A stretch of DNA of 61,231 bases, the filler included. It is 12 parts of 12 records of this genome, joined end to end, with 100 filler letters (N's around TTAATTAATTAA, not from the genome) between each part and the next. Parts side by side here need not be neighbours in the genome. Positions count along the whole stretch, not along the records: positions 34,892 to 42,635 come from SRR7504441_67392; positions 42,736 to 46,163 come from SRR7504441_67431; positions 46,264 to 54,055 come from SRR7504441_67492; 9 more parts are not named here. One strand, written 5' to 3'. Positions within the stretch are counted from its first letter, which is position 1. Each line of letters opens with the position of its first letter. Positions 34,906 through 46,535 of the stretch are shown piece after piece. A program made the position numbers and the translations under genes. Under the pieces are notes generated by a model. The model was not told the origin of the DNA. It made no database searches and saw nothing but the letters and a program-made list of their open reading frames with translations.

Positions 34906-36829
34906 ATGTGGCCCTGGCCGGAGGAGAGCGCTGGCGGACACGAGGACTGGCTCAGTTCGCCGTGGACGCTGGCAGGGATGATCGGGCTGAGCCTGCTCCT
35001 GGCCAACATGCTGGCCTGGTGCGGCCGTTGGGCGGTGGAGCGCGACCGGGGTCAGGTGGGGCGAGGGGGTGCGCACCCGCCGGGTGGGAACTAAGCTCGA
35101 CCTGCTGGCCGGCCGACGGGGCCGGCGGATCCCGCTCACGCTGATCACTGGGTGCCGGGGCCGGTGCAGCTGCGGGCGAGGCTGCGCAGGTTTTTAGGGA
35201 GCGGCAAGACCACGCTGCTGAACAATATCTTGCGGGCGGACCACGGACTGAGGATCGCTGTGGTGGAGAACGAGGTGCCTGACCGACCGGACCGCCGGGA
35301 TGGACGGCTGTCCAGGTGGGTGCCGTGGCGCTCGACCACCTGCTCATCGCTGAGGTGGCGGGCGTATGCTCGGTTGGCTCTTAGTCGCGGCAGCACCTGC
35401 CGGAGGACCGGGTCTTCCTCCTTCAGAACGGCTGCATGTGCTGGTGCAGCCAGCGGCCGGTCCAGCGGGCAACCCCCGGGGCAGCAGCGCGGGCGGCGGC
35501 GGGTCGGACCAACTCGAACGAGTGTTAGATAAATTGATTCAACTAGATGAGGCAGGCGACCAATCGGGCCCGGGCAAACGTGGGCAGGCGGGTACCCACG
35601 TGGATTACGTGCTCATCGAGACCACAGGCGCCTACCGGCTGGGCAAGGCGAGCTGACCCGGCCAATAGGGATGGCGGATCCGGCCCCAATAGTGCAGGTG
35701 CTGCCCACTATATAGAGTCTCGAGAACGTGCCATAGGCGCTCTGGCGAGCTTCGGACGAGGGCTCCCGCTTCTGCCTTGACGGGGTGGTCACTGTCGGTG
35801 CGGGGGGTAGCGCTCGGCTGCTCAGTCTGGCTGCTGCAGTGGATGCAGTGAACATCTATCGACACCTGCCTGGTGCCAGGCTAGTCAAAGGGCGCTGCCC
35901 CAGCGCGCGGGTGCAGGCAGCTCGAGGGTCCAGACAGAAGCTCTCCGACAGATCGGTCACGCCGACGTGCTGCTGGTCAACAAGTGCGACACTGTGATCC
36001 GCGCCCCTGGGCTTGTGTGAGCCTCCGCAGCCGGATGACCCAACAGAGGATCTGGTGGCTGCGCTGACCAAGCTCGCACCGAGTGCGGTGATCGCCTGCC
36101 TGGGGGCCCGCTGACGGCCGAGTGCAGAAGATGCTGAGCTGTGTCAACGGTGAGGTGGGCCCGCCCGACAGGCTGGTGGCTGAAGGATGCTAGATCAAAG
36201 TGGGCGAGATCCTCGATCTCGGAGGGTTTGATCCTTCGCGGCTACAACCAGCCCACTCCACAGACGGGGCGCATCGAGGCTATGCGCCGCCGCTCACGCT
36301 GGTCTCCCACTGCGGGGAACGGGTGGCTGATGGCGGGACAGCGGGCTGGAATTCTCGACGCCAAGCTGCTGGAGGAGTGGCTGCGAGTGCTTGTGAGCGA
36401 GGTGCTTTAAGGCCTCGGGCTCGCTCAGTTGGATCCAGCGTGGCGACGATCTGCTGAGGATCAAGGGGCTGGTGCTGGTCGAGGTCGGCATAGGGGCATG
36501 GAAGCGCTCAGGCTGGCGCAGGGCGAGCAGTCGGGGTGGGTGGTGCAAGGCGTGCATGACGAAGTGAGAATCTACCGCGAGAAGAGGTCGGGACACCCGC
36601 GCCCGCGGATGCTAATTGGGGCTGCAGCCTCCCTGATGCCCGTGAGAGCTGGTTGATGGTGGTAGCCGCCCGTGGGCGTGCGTTCCGGGAGCGAGGGCAG
36701 GTCGGCTTGGGGATGGACGTTGACGAGTTGGATCGGGGGTTTAAGCGTTGCCAAGCGGGAAACTCTTCGTCTTGTATTCAAGTGACACACACGAGCAAGC
36801 GCTCTGGCCGATCTAAACGTAAAAAGTAA
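34906..36829 (+). CDS. CobW/COG0523 (ZNG1-like) metallochaperone GTPase with N-terminal TM helix; about 17-18 introns
   Basis: Spliced product: IPLTLITG|FLGSGKTTLL, AVVENE|VG, NGCMC|C, IETTG|MADP, QIGHADVLLVNKCD; CobW_C LLRIKG, VQGVH, LMV|VGLGMD. Confidence 0.9.
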
Positions 36830-36959
36830 TACTTGCTGAGATAGTACATTTATGTGTTGTGAGTTCACTTGTAAACAATTGTATTTTTCGTACAAGTAAA
36901 ACAGACCTCGTAGATCTAGAGGATCTAGTGACTACAGTACTGTACCAGGTACGAACGGG

Positions 36960-38856
36960 ATGTGGATGCTTGCCGCCGCGGTGTTGCTGCCCGCCGCCTT
37001 TGGGTCTCTCCCGGCCGACCTGGGCTCGCTTCAGTACGTTGGCGGCACCCCGGCCCCCTCCTTCTCCCTCAGCTCCGGGTCGGGCGCCCTGAGCTACTCA
37101 GCCAGCCGCCCAGCTCGCGCCAGCTCCGTGCTGCCGATGCTGCTTTTCAGCCCGGACCCGGCCGACCCGTTTTCGAACCACATGCTGGCCCCGACTGACG
37201 AGGTCGATCTCATGCTCGCCGCCGGGCCTTTCGGGGTCCACCTGGTCGTAGCTAGCGCGACAGCCCACCGGCTGATTCAGGCCCGGCTGGCCAGCGCCGC
37301 CCCGGCGGTGCGCAGCCAGTGGGTCGGCTACCTGCACTTCGTCAACAGCACGGACTCGCTGGGCGAGGTGCTGGATCAGTGGCCCACGCCGCGGAACCGG
37401 ATCGGGTTGCCGGCCGGGCCGGGTCTGGCGCGACTCGACTGTCACTACACGGCCTGCCCCTGGCCAGACCAAAACGCGCAGGTCACGCTGCGCCCGACGG
37501 AGCCGTGCGCAAGCAGCCCCAGCAACCTGTCGCACTCCGAGTATGCTCTGGTGCCGCTCTCGCCCAACTGCTCCGCAGCGCTTGCAGCCCAAAGAGCCGA
37601 GCTGCGTGGGGCGGGAGGAGTGGTGCTGGTGCAGTTGGCAGGCCAGCCGCTGTTCCCGGTGGGACTGGCCGGGCAGAGCTTTGGGGTGCCGGTGACAATG
37701 GTGAACCAAACCTCTGGCCAGCTGCTGAGTAGAAACGGCACGGTCAGTGCACAGATGTCGACGGTCGCTGGGGCAGGGCAGTGGCTGGCTGTTGATAGGG
37801 AGGGACGGCTGGCCCAAGTTGGCTGGGAGAAGTACGCTACCCTCAGGATGCTCGGATGGGCTGCCCAGTGGCTCAACTACACAAGCAAGCTGAGTGCCGA
37901 GCTAAGCCAGCCGGCGTTTGTGGTACCTTTGGCTGACGCTCTGCCGTGTGGGAGAACGCCGATTGCAGTGACACTCCCGGCCCAGACCCAACTTGAGCAG
38001 TACGGCTCGATGCAGATAGAGCTGGGGCTCTCGTGCGCCGGGGCGATGGACCGCGATTGCTCGGTTTGGGATCGAGTGATATCGCTCTCAGTTGACTGTG
38101 GTTTGGGCCAACATGAGATCGGGAGGTGGATAAATCCGTTTGGACGGAGCTCAGGCCACTGGCTCACGCAGACTCCCCTGCTCCCGCTGCTCCACCCAGC
38201 TGGCGGCCGGTCGTGCAATTTCAGCATAGTTGCTGGGATGGGCGACCACTGGCTGGCGTCGCTCAATCTAAGGTTCTCACAAGCTGGCAGCCAGCCTGGC
38301 CAGCCCCGTGCTGTCACGCCCATCAATTTTCCCAACTCGGGCGAGCGGTTCGATGGTCCGAGCTACAATCAGAATCGGACGATTTCGTTCACTTCGCCCT
38401 TAGGAGCCGCCACCACTCGAGTCGGGCTAGCTGCATTCATCACAGGGCATTCTGGGTGCGAGTTTGCGCCTACTAGTCATCATTTCGTGATGGATGGTGC
38501 TGGTGAGGTCAATAGCTCCTCGAAGGAATACCGCGACCGGTACATGCTCGCTGGCACTCCATTTGGCTGCGCTGATAAGACAATCGATGGCGCAGTTCCA
38601 AACGAACATGGTACGGGATGCTTAAGTGTGCAACTCATGTTTGTTGGCAGGTACTTGGTACTTTGGCAGAAACGGCTGGTGCGATGGCCAAGACGTCAAG
38701 CCTCTTGTATGGGACGTGACTGCACTGATGGACGGGGCGATTCACGGCACCCACAGCTTGCGCTATTATGCGCTCTCTTACCAAGAGCCAAACCGGCCCG
38801 ATCAGAATGGCTGTGCTGGGAACATTCGCTTCTCGGGTTATCTTATTTTCTGGTGA
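36960..38856 (+). CDS. Secreted PA-domain plus peptide-N-glycosidase F-like protein; one 40-nt intron (38611..38650)
   Basis: Signal peptide; PA-like AQRAELRGAGGVVLV; CSVWDR, EIGRWINPF, ITGHSGCEF, VPNEHG|TWYFGRNGWCDG. Confidence 0.85.
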
Positions 38857-39123
38857 AACCTCTTTGAGACCTCTAATATCATACATGGTACCAGGTAACT
38901 AAGTAATGACTTATGTACAGATCTGCAACGAACTAGGTACATTATAGGTACGTTATTATGTAATCCCGGTGGACATGATTTCAAGTAGTTTTTGTCTATT
39001 AAATTCGCTCACTTATAAATCGCTCACTCATCTGGAGTCTCATTGTCTGATCATTGAAGTCCTAATAATACGAGTACCTAAGTAAGTCCTTGCAGTACTT
39101 GCGAAATTCTGTTCTTGGGTCAA

Positions 39124-42100
39124 CTAACGATCCACCAACATCAACATGGCGACCAGGATCATGATCTGCTTGGATCGCACCTCTACAATGTCCTCAGGCA
39201 GAGTGAAAATCGTACACCCAATCTTACGAGCCACACTAATCGCATACTCGGCATTGCTTTTGCGGTCCTCCTCAGTGGCGCCATCGGTCACGAGCTCCCA
39301 GTCCACTGAGTCAGGCTGGAGAGCACATAGGAGGTGGCAAATACTGACCGAGCTCGCCAGCGCCGGATCCTTGAAGTTTTTGTGCTGAATGCCCGAGCTT
39401 GAAATCTTCTCGTTCATCCATGTCACAATTGTCTTCTCGTCCGGTCGCTTGTCCCCGCCAGCTTGTGCCAACAGGTCAGCCAAATTGGCCCGCCACAGCT
39501 GCCAGACAAAAGCCAGCACAAACTTGGGCACCCCGTCAAAGACGTTTTGCCCGCTGATTCCTGTCAATTTGAGACCCACCTGTGGCACGCAGCGATCAGC
39601 GCCAGAGCAACCCGCTTGGAGTGACCTCCTGAGCCGTACTCACCGCAAGCATGCAGTTCTCCAGCCGCTTGTACACTGTGCCTGCACAGAGCCACCAGAT
39701 TAGGGCGTGAGTGCTTTGCAGGCTTGCTGTTAGACTGTAAGCCAGCGTCATGCTGCACGATTAGGGGGAATGCAAGCTACAGGCACCTGGATTTTTGATG
39801 GCCTTGCGCCATTCGACAGAGCCAGAGTAGATTTGGTCGATCACTTGAAGCAGAATATATCCATCGTTCAGGTCCTGGAGCGGACACACAGCTCACTCCA
39901 AGTCTCAAACAAGCAGTCGGAACCTGGAACAGATCCGACACGAACACCTCATCAATGTTGAGTGCGTTGATCCAGAGCCGGAAAACTCGCTCCTCACGCG
40001 TGCCTGACCGACAAGTCCGCTCAGGAGGGAATGCCGGGCAGAGCACCTTCGTCCGAAAAGTTGAGCATTTCAGTACTTGTGGCTTGCACCTCGACCGCTT
40101 CCTCCTCGGTGAGAGGCTTGAGGCACGGATACTTGTTGAAGAGCTCGGCCACAAACAGCAGATTCATCTTATTGTTGCCCTTGACAATGTCAGTTGGGGT
40201 CATTGAAGCTGATATCTGCAGGGCCGCTGCCCCCTGGAGCACGCTGTCCGCTCTGCTGGGCAGATCATCGTTGTCGAGCGCCACCAGCCCGCTCTTGGCA
40301 GGATCGATGTGGTTGAGCAGCCGGAGATAGACTTCCGAGTCCTTGATGTCCTGACCAAAGTTCTTGACTCGCCGGCTGCAGCCCATCTCGCCCAACAGAA
40401 AGTTGACCTACCGCAGCAATCAATCGGCACGCTCCTCAGCCAACAGACCCAGCGGATCAGAATTTTCTCGGGTGGCAGTTTCATGAGGGTCGCCACAGTC
40501 TCGTCGCCCTCAAGCAGTCGCACCAGGTAAGGATGCTCCGCCAACGTCACGTGAGAGAGCACCGCCGCCTGCACCCACCGTCAACTAACTAGCCCACGCT
40601 CTAGGCACCTTCACAAGCTGCCACAGCAGCGAGAGCACCAAGTGCGGCTCGCCGTCCACAAGGTCGGTCGCACCAATGCCCACAAACTGGCAGCCAATCG
40701 ACCTGCGGATGTTTGAGAAAAGTCGGCTGGGGCGGGCACCTTGCTGCGTTGAGCGCCAGGGTCTGGTTTTGGTTCTTCTGGAACACATTCTTTGGATTTT
40801 TGTTGATCACCTGAGACCCGGATGATCAGCCAACCCGCCGCTGCCGCTTGCCCGCTCGTCAATTGTGCCGGGGTAGGCCACATTGACCATCTTGCATGGT
40901 AGGATGCCTGTGCGGCCACTCAATCCCGGCTTTGGATACCAGCCTCGCACCATCCGACACTGACGAGAATAGCGCCTCACCGTCAAGATCGATCGGCAGA
41001 ATGTGCTGCTCAACCAGTCAGTGCGCTGACCACATGATCGAGCACCTGGCAGTCGGGGTCGGCGGCAAGGCATCGGTTGACGAACGAAGCAAAGAATCGC
41101 TTCTCTTCCTCAGTGTACGAATGGAACCCGCCCGCCACGCCCTGACCAGCTGCCTGAGCGCTCGTCTACGACTGGGCTATTTATAAACAAGCGGAAAGCA
41201 TCTGATAACTCGCCTGGACTTTCTGAATCTCAACACCTTTCTTGATCGTACGGACCTGCCACAGCCACACGCTCAGCGCCCCATCAGCGGTCGGAGCCAC
41301 CATCTCGCTCGCTTTGCCCCCAATCAGCCCTCGCTCGGCCTTCTCCATCACCCGGAGGAACTCGCCAAAGTTGAGAGCCCCGGATTTATCGAGGTCAAAC
41401 TCTGCGATGAACTCTGCCACTTCGGATCTGAAACTCTCGAGTCAGCTCCGAGAGCCCGACAACGGACCTCTGGATGGGCATGCCGAGCTTGGTCAGCACG
41501 GTCGAGAGCTCCTTGACATCGATCTCGTTGCTGCCATCACTGTCAAAGTCTTTGAAAGCCCTGCGACCGGAGCAGATCAGTGACGAGATGCTGCTGCCAA
41601 CGGCCAGGAGCTGGGCGCCAGAGCACGAGCGAAGGGCGGGCCTGATGCTTGTTAAGGCGGGCCCCTTCTACGGAAAGAGCGCAAGAGAATCACAGAGAGC
41701 ACGCGGCCTGAGGCAGCTACAGGGTGGTGCTACTTGCGGTAGGCTTCGAGGGCGTCTTTCTTAAACTTGTCCTCCATGATGGCAGGCACTGGCAGCTCCT
41801 TACCCTGCCCGGCACCAGTCAATAAGCACTTATACACACAATCGAGTGGGTCCACCCACCATCTGAGCCTCTGCTCCCTGCTTAGTTGACCGGGTGAGCG
41901 ACTTTACCGCGGCATGGCTCCCCTGCCCCGCTGGCTGGAGCCTGCCGTTACAGCCCCGTACCTGCGCTCTCTTGACCATATCGCTGACAGAAACCCGTGG
42001 GGCGGCCTCTTCGGCAGGCGCGGGCGCTGCCTGTTGCTCCGCCTGCTTGGCCATCTCCTGTCGGGCCTCTCAGACCTGCGCGGCCAGGAGCGCCGGCACA

Positions 42101-42635
42101 CCTTGACCGATTTGGCTGCCGGGGCCACCTACATGCCCCCGGTTTCAGGCCGACAGACCACTGGCAATTGGACGAGCTCTCACTAACTGACTCATGGTGG
42201 GGCTACCGGCTGCTTGGCCGGGGCTGAGGTATTGGCGGCTGGAGCCGCCGCGGGCTCCGGAGCGGGCTTCGGGGCGGGGGTGGATTTCTTGGCCGCAGCC
42301 GGGGCGGCCGGCTTCGGGGGAGCGGGCTTCGAGGGAGCGGGCTTCTGAGTCACTATGGGCTTCTTGGCGGGGGCGTCGTCGTCGTCGCTGCTCGACCACC
42401 CGAGATCCTCCGGCTCCTGCCGCCGGTCACCCGGCGAACCTTGGGCGCAGCCGGGACCTTATATTTCACCGGATCGTTCCAACTTTTCTTAGCCGCCGGC
42501 GAGGCCGATTTGGGCTGGGCGGCCGGGGCAGCAGCTGGGGCAGCGGCTGGATCTTGGGCGGGGGCATCGCCCTGGCCGGCCTCGGCCCGGCGCTGCGCTT
42601 CCGCGGCGCGAATCTCGGAGGGGAGCGGCATTCCC
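39124..42635 (-). CDS. Fimbrin/plastin (EF-hands plus four CH domains) with long Pro/Ala/Lys-rich N-terminal extension; at least 13 introns; 5' truncated
   Basis: AFKDFDSDGSNEID, HSYTEEEK, PGTIDER|VIN, LPPEKILIRW|VN, TREERVFRLWIN, NAEYAISVARKIGCTIFTLPEDIVEV. Confidence 0.95.
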
Positions 42636-42735
42636 NNNNNNNNNNNNNNNNNNNNNNNNNNNNNNNNNNNNNNNNNNNNTTAATTAATTAANNNNNNNNN
42701 NNNNNNNNNNNNNNNNNNNNNNNNNNNNNNNNNNN
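42636..42735. other. Artificial contig linker
   Basis: N44-TTAATTAATTAA-N44. Confidence 0.99.
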
Positions 42736-42791
42736 CTCCTTCATCCCGGCCGCTCAGCACTGCCCCCCCGCTGTGCTGCGCCCAAGTATTG

Positions 42792-42848
42792 GCCGCGTCC
42801 AGCGTCCAGAGTGTTTTGAGTTGATTCACTGTGGACGCTGGACGCGGC
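42792..42848. repeat. Intergenic inverted repeat: 22-bp arms (1 mismatch), 13-nt loop
   Basis: GCCGCGTCCAGCGTCCAGAGTG / CACTGTGGACGCTGGACGCGGC. Confidence 0.92.
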
Positions 42849-43045
42849 TAATTTCTTGACGTGTTTGCAGGGTAAAGATGACATATGTTGCGAGAAAAAT
42901 TGTGAATACGATAATTACATGTTATGTAATATCACCTGAGCCGCGCTGCCCGAGCCTTCGTGATTAGGTACCTACCTCATTAATTAGTACCTCATGGTCA
43001 TCATCTCATCGCACTCATAAGAGGGTCTAGCTTGCTCTCTGGCGC

Positions 43046-46000
43046 CTAGGCGAGCTCAGTATCCTTGACCGAGCCGGCCGGCGCTTCGCGGAGCTCGAGC
43101 AGCTCGCCTATCTGCGCTGGATCTGCGCTTTTAGGCAGAAGCCAACCGAATGTCACAGCACAGCAGTCGGGCTGGGGCGTCGGCGAGCCCAAGGCGTCCT
43201 CGGGGTCGCAGGGGCTCCGATTATGTCTGAGCTTTCTATCTGCGGCGAGGCATAGTGTTTCAGCGTACTCGTGCAATCCGTTTATCCACTTGCTTCCTCA
43301 CTCGCTGTGCACAGTTAGTGCACAGTTGCCAGCTGCCAGTCATTGAAGGGTCATTGAAGGGAGGACGGCGTATTTGTTTTGTAGCTCTCTCTACCTCCAT
43401 TGTTGAGCCCAACCACTCGGCTGCAGCTGCTTTTGCTTGCTCTGCCGCTTTCGCCCTTGGTTCACGCTCCTACTGCGCGACTGGGTCTTGCTTGCTTTGG
43501 ATCGACTCGAACTCTGGCTCACACTCCTGCTCCTCCGGTTCTGCTCCTCCTCTGCAGCAGGTCTGTGCACCGGCAGCAGGCTGTGCCCAAAGCTATCTAG
43601 CAGCTGTTTCAACAGCCCTGGCATCCTGTCGGTCCCGCCATACGCTGCCAGCGCCAGCTGCATGCAGTGTCTCACGGCTGAGACAAACTCAGGAAGCGAC
43701 AGCTCGCCACGGGACTGGTCGCTACCAGGGGCCACATCAGCCCCGCAGAAAACTCTTTTGATCTGAGCCACAGAGAGAACCTGTGGGACTAGACCAAAGT
43801 CTGTGGCGAATCTGGTAAACTCGCGAAGATCCACCGCTTCGCTGTTTTTGGATATACGGTCAAAGCTGCTCGCTTTGGGCACATTCATCCGGGCATAGCG
43901 CCCAAATACGGGTGCTGCCGCGTTGAGCCGCCGCTGAATTGCGCTAGTCCGGGGTCCGGCCGACCGGTTGGGCGTCTGGCACTGATCGTGGTATCGACCT
44001 ATCGCCTGGTTCAACTCGGCCAGGGTGACCAGCCTGCTCGGGTCGGCAGCGCTCGGCGCGGCTTGATTTTCCCATTCTTGAGACAACCAGCCTCCAAACT
44101 GAGCCCATTCTGGACTGGATGCCAACACCCGAAGCAACGTGCCCACTGCGAGCGTGCCGTCCCCCGAGCCACCAGCGGTTAGCATGGCAAATGGCTGCAG
44201 TGGGCTAGTCCCGACACTGACTGTAGACCTGGATGCGGGCGCTGCCGGCTGCACGGGTGGGCTCAGGAACTCAGCACAGGCTTGTTCGAGCTCAGCGAGC
44301 GAGATCCCTCCGTCGCGGTTGGTATCGTACTGGAGCATCTTACCGCGCTGCTGTGTGAACCAACTGGTGAATGGGTGGTCAGGCAGGTAGCTCCTAAGCT
44401 CACTCAAGCTCAGGATTCCGTTCCGATTGTGCCGATCTGCCTTCCGCATCACCCACTGTGCCAGCTCAGTTGCACTGGCAGGCTCAGGCTCGGGAGTGCT
44501 AGCCGCTAGCGTCGGGTCGAGTGCATTGTCCAGGAATTCGGCGCAGATCAGCTGCAGCTCGAATATGGACCAGCTGCTGCAACCAACGCCATTCTGCCGC
44601 TCCAGCCACAAGGTGAACGGATGCGCGCCCATTGTGGCTCTCAAGTGTTCCACTGTAAGCCGGTGGCCGCCCCCACACTGCTGCATCACAGCCTCGGCTA
44701 GCTTCTGGGCAGCACTCCGGGAGTCTACAGTGGATGTAGCCACAGGCGGGTGAGCCGGCAGCGTCACTACTGGCGGGTCCGGCTTGGCCGGCTCTACCTG
44801 CTGAGGCTGGCTGCTTACAGCGGACTGAGATAGCTTGAACTCGTCCATCCTCGACCCGGCGGTCAGCGAGCTCAGCGGCTCGGTTGCAGCCGGGCTGGGC
44901 TCAGCTGTCTGTTGAGGCGTGTGCAGTACGGAGCTGAGTAGAACACTTGCAGGCCTTGAGCTGGGCGTGGTTCGAGGCGTAAACTCCCGCGGGGAAGGCC
45001 CAGCGAGCGCCTCGAGCGAGCTGTTGAGCCTGTGCTGATGGAGCTGGTCCATGAGCAGCTGGACCTGTTGCTGCCCCGATCGCTGCCGGTCCCTCTCGCC
45101 TTCAATCCTCGTCTCGAGCACCTTACGGTTCATCTTCTCCTGACTCAGCTCTAACTCAGCCTCATTCAACTTATCCTGCAGAGCCGCTGCCCGCTCCACT
45201 GCCCGCTGCTGCTCCGCCTGCGCGCTCTGCACCAGCTCATTCGCCGCTGTGGATTCTTCCTGCGCTGATTTGCTCGCTGCCGCTTGCTCCTGTGCGGCTG
45301 ACTCAGCCCGGCGCGTAACGGTTCTGGCTTCCTCAGCAATTCTCTCTAGTCGAAGCGCCTCGGCTACAGCGGCTGCCTCGTCCTGCCTCACGCTGACGAT
45401 TTCCTCTCGCGCCCTGGAAAGCTCGGCTTTGTGTGCACCGACCAGCCCAGCAAGTTGAGACCGCGAATCCTCTAAGTCGCGCTGCAGCTGCTGGATCTGG
45501 AGCTGATTCTGCTCATTCTGCGCCCGCTGTGAGGCCACCCCCATTGAGAGCTCCTCTATAGTCTTGCGCGACTCGGCCTCTGCCGTGTCGTGCCCTTTAC
45601 CAGTGGCCAGGATATGAGCCTCGAGCGCCCGGATCTGGTTCTGCACCTCGTGCTTGTACGTCTCGAGCACCGCCGCCTGCTCGCCCGCCTTGGCCTGGTA
45701 GAACCCTAGCTCCTTGTGGTGCTCCGCCTCCGCCTGCTTTGCCTGGAGCTCCACTAGCTCGGCCCTCTGCTGCAGCCCGCTAAGTGCCACCTGGAGAGCG
45801 TTGACCTCCGCCTCGGACGGGGCACTCCCGAAGCTCAGCTCCGTCTTGTCAGCAGACTGCTCCAGCGCCTGAGTGCAGCTTTCATGCAGCTCTACCGCGC
45901 AGCGGTGCACTTCAGTCGGCAGGCCGCTGGGCAGCTCCCGGGACGCCCTGGCGGAGTCGGCGCACAAGCTTATCAAGCTCCTGACCGAGGGCATCTGCCG

Positions 46001-46163
46001 GGCGACCAAATCGTGCACCCTGCCGAGCAGCCTGGCCTGCATCGCCTGGCTGGCCGACCGCTCGGTCTCGAGTAACTCGCGTGAGGCCGCCAGCGCCGCC
46101 TCGGCCGCCCCCGCCCGCTCGGCAGCCTGGTCTCGCTCGATCCGCATCTGGACGCCCTTCCGC
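43046..46163 (-). CDS. Coiled-coil protein with repeated EF-hand modules; 5' truncated; last exons uncertain
   Basis: 918-aa ORF 43391..46147; DTNRDGGISLAEL, NGILSLSEL, repeated HPFTxW; ORF 43046..43276 is a probable terminal exon. Confidence 0.7.
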
Positions 46164-46263
46164 NNNNNNNNNNNNNNNNNNNNNNNNNNNNNNNNNNNNN
46201 NNNNNNNTTAATTAATTAANNNNNNNNNNNNNNNNNNNNNNNNNNNNNNNNNNNNNNNNNNNN
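46164..46263. other. Artificial contig linker
   Basis: N44-TTAATTAATTAA-N44. Confidence 0.99.
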
Positions 46264-46535
46264 CCGCAGACACAAAGTATGCGCTCACGACAGTTGGATC
46301 ACACACACATTTTTGTATTTTTGTATACCATGATGCTTTAATGAATGCATGGGGTTTAGTTCTTCGATGTCTCAACCGTTACTCAACCGTCACGTTTGCC
46401 AACGGAACTACTGTACGTTAGGTAGCTTCCTATAACGTCGTGCGTACTCGTATATACCGTAATAATTGTTATGAGTATTAAAATTTCAATGTTCACACGA
46501 GTGCACAATCATTAAGTCATTTTGCATGCTGTTAA

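Noticed and set aside
39682-39786. 105-nt fimbrin intron with an internal branch/acceptor-like site (possible poison exon or recursive splicing)
   Set aside because: Signals in this genome are too degenerate to separate this from chance without reads.
4518-41213. Introner-type transposon origin of the introns (e.g. TCCAG|GCGAGTTAT shared by two introns)
   Set aside because: Similarity is limited to the splice site. There are no shared bodies or terminal inverted repeats, and junction repeats equal the ordinary AG|G proto-splice site.
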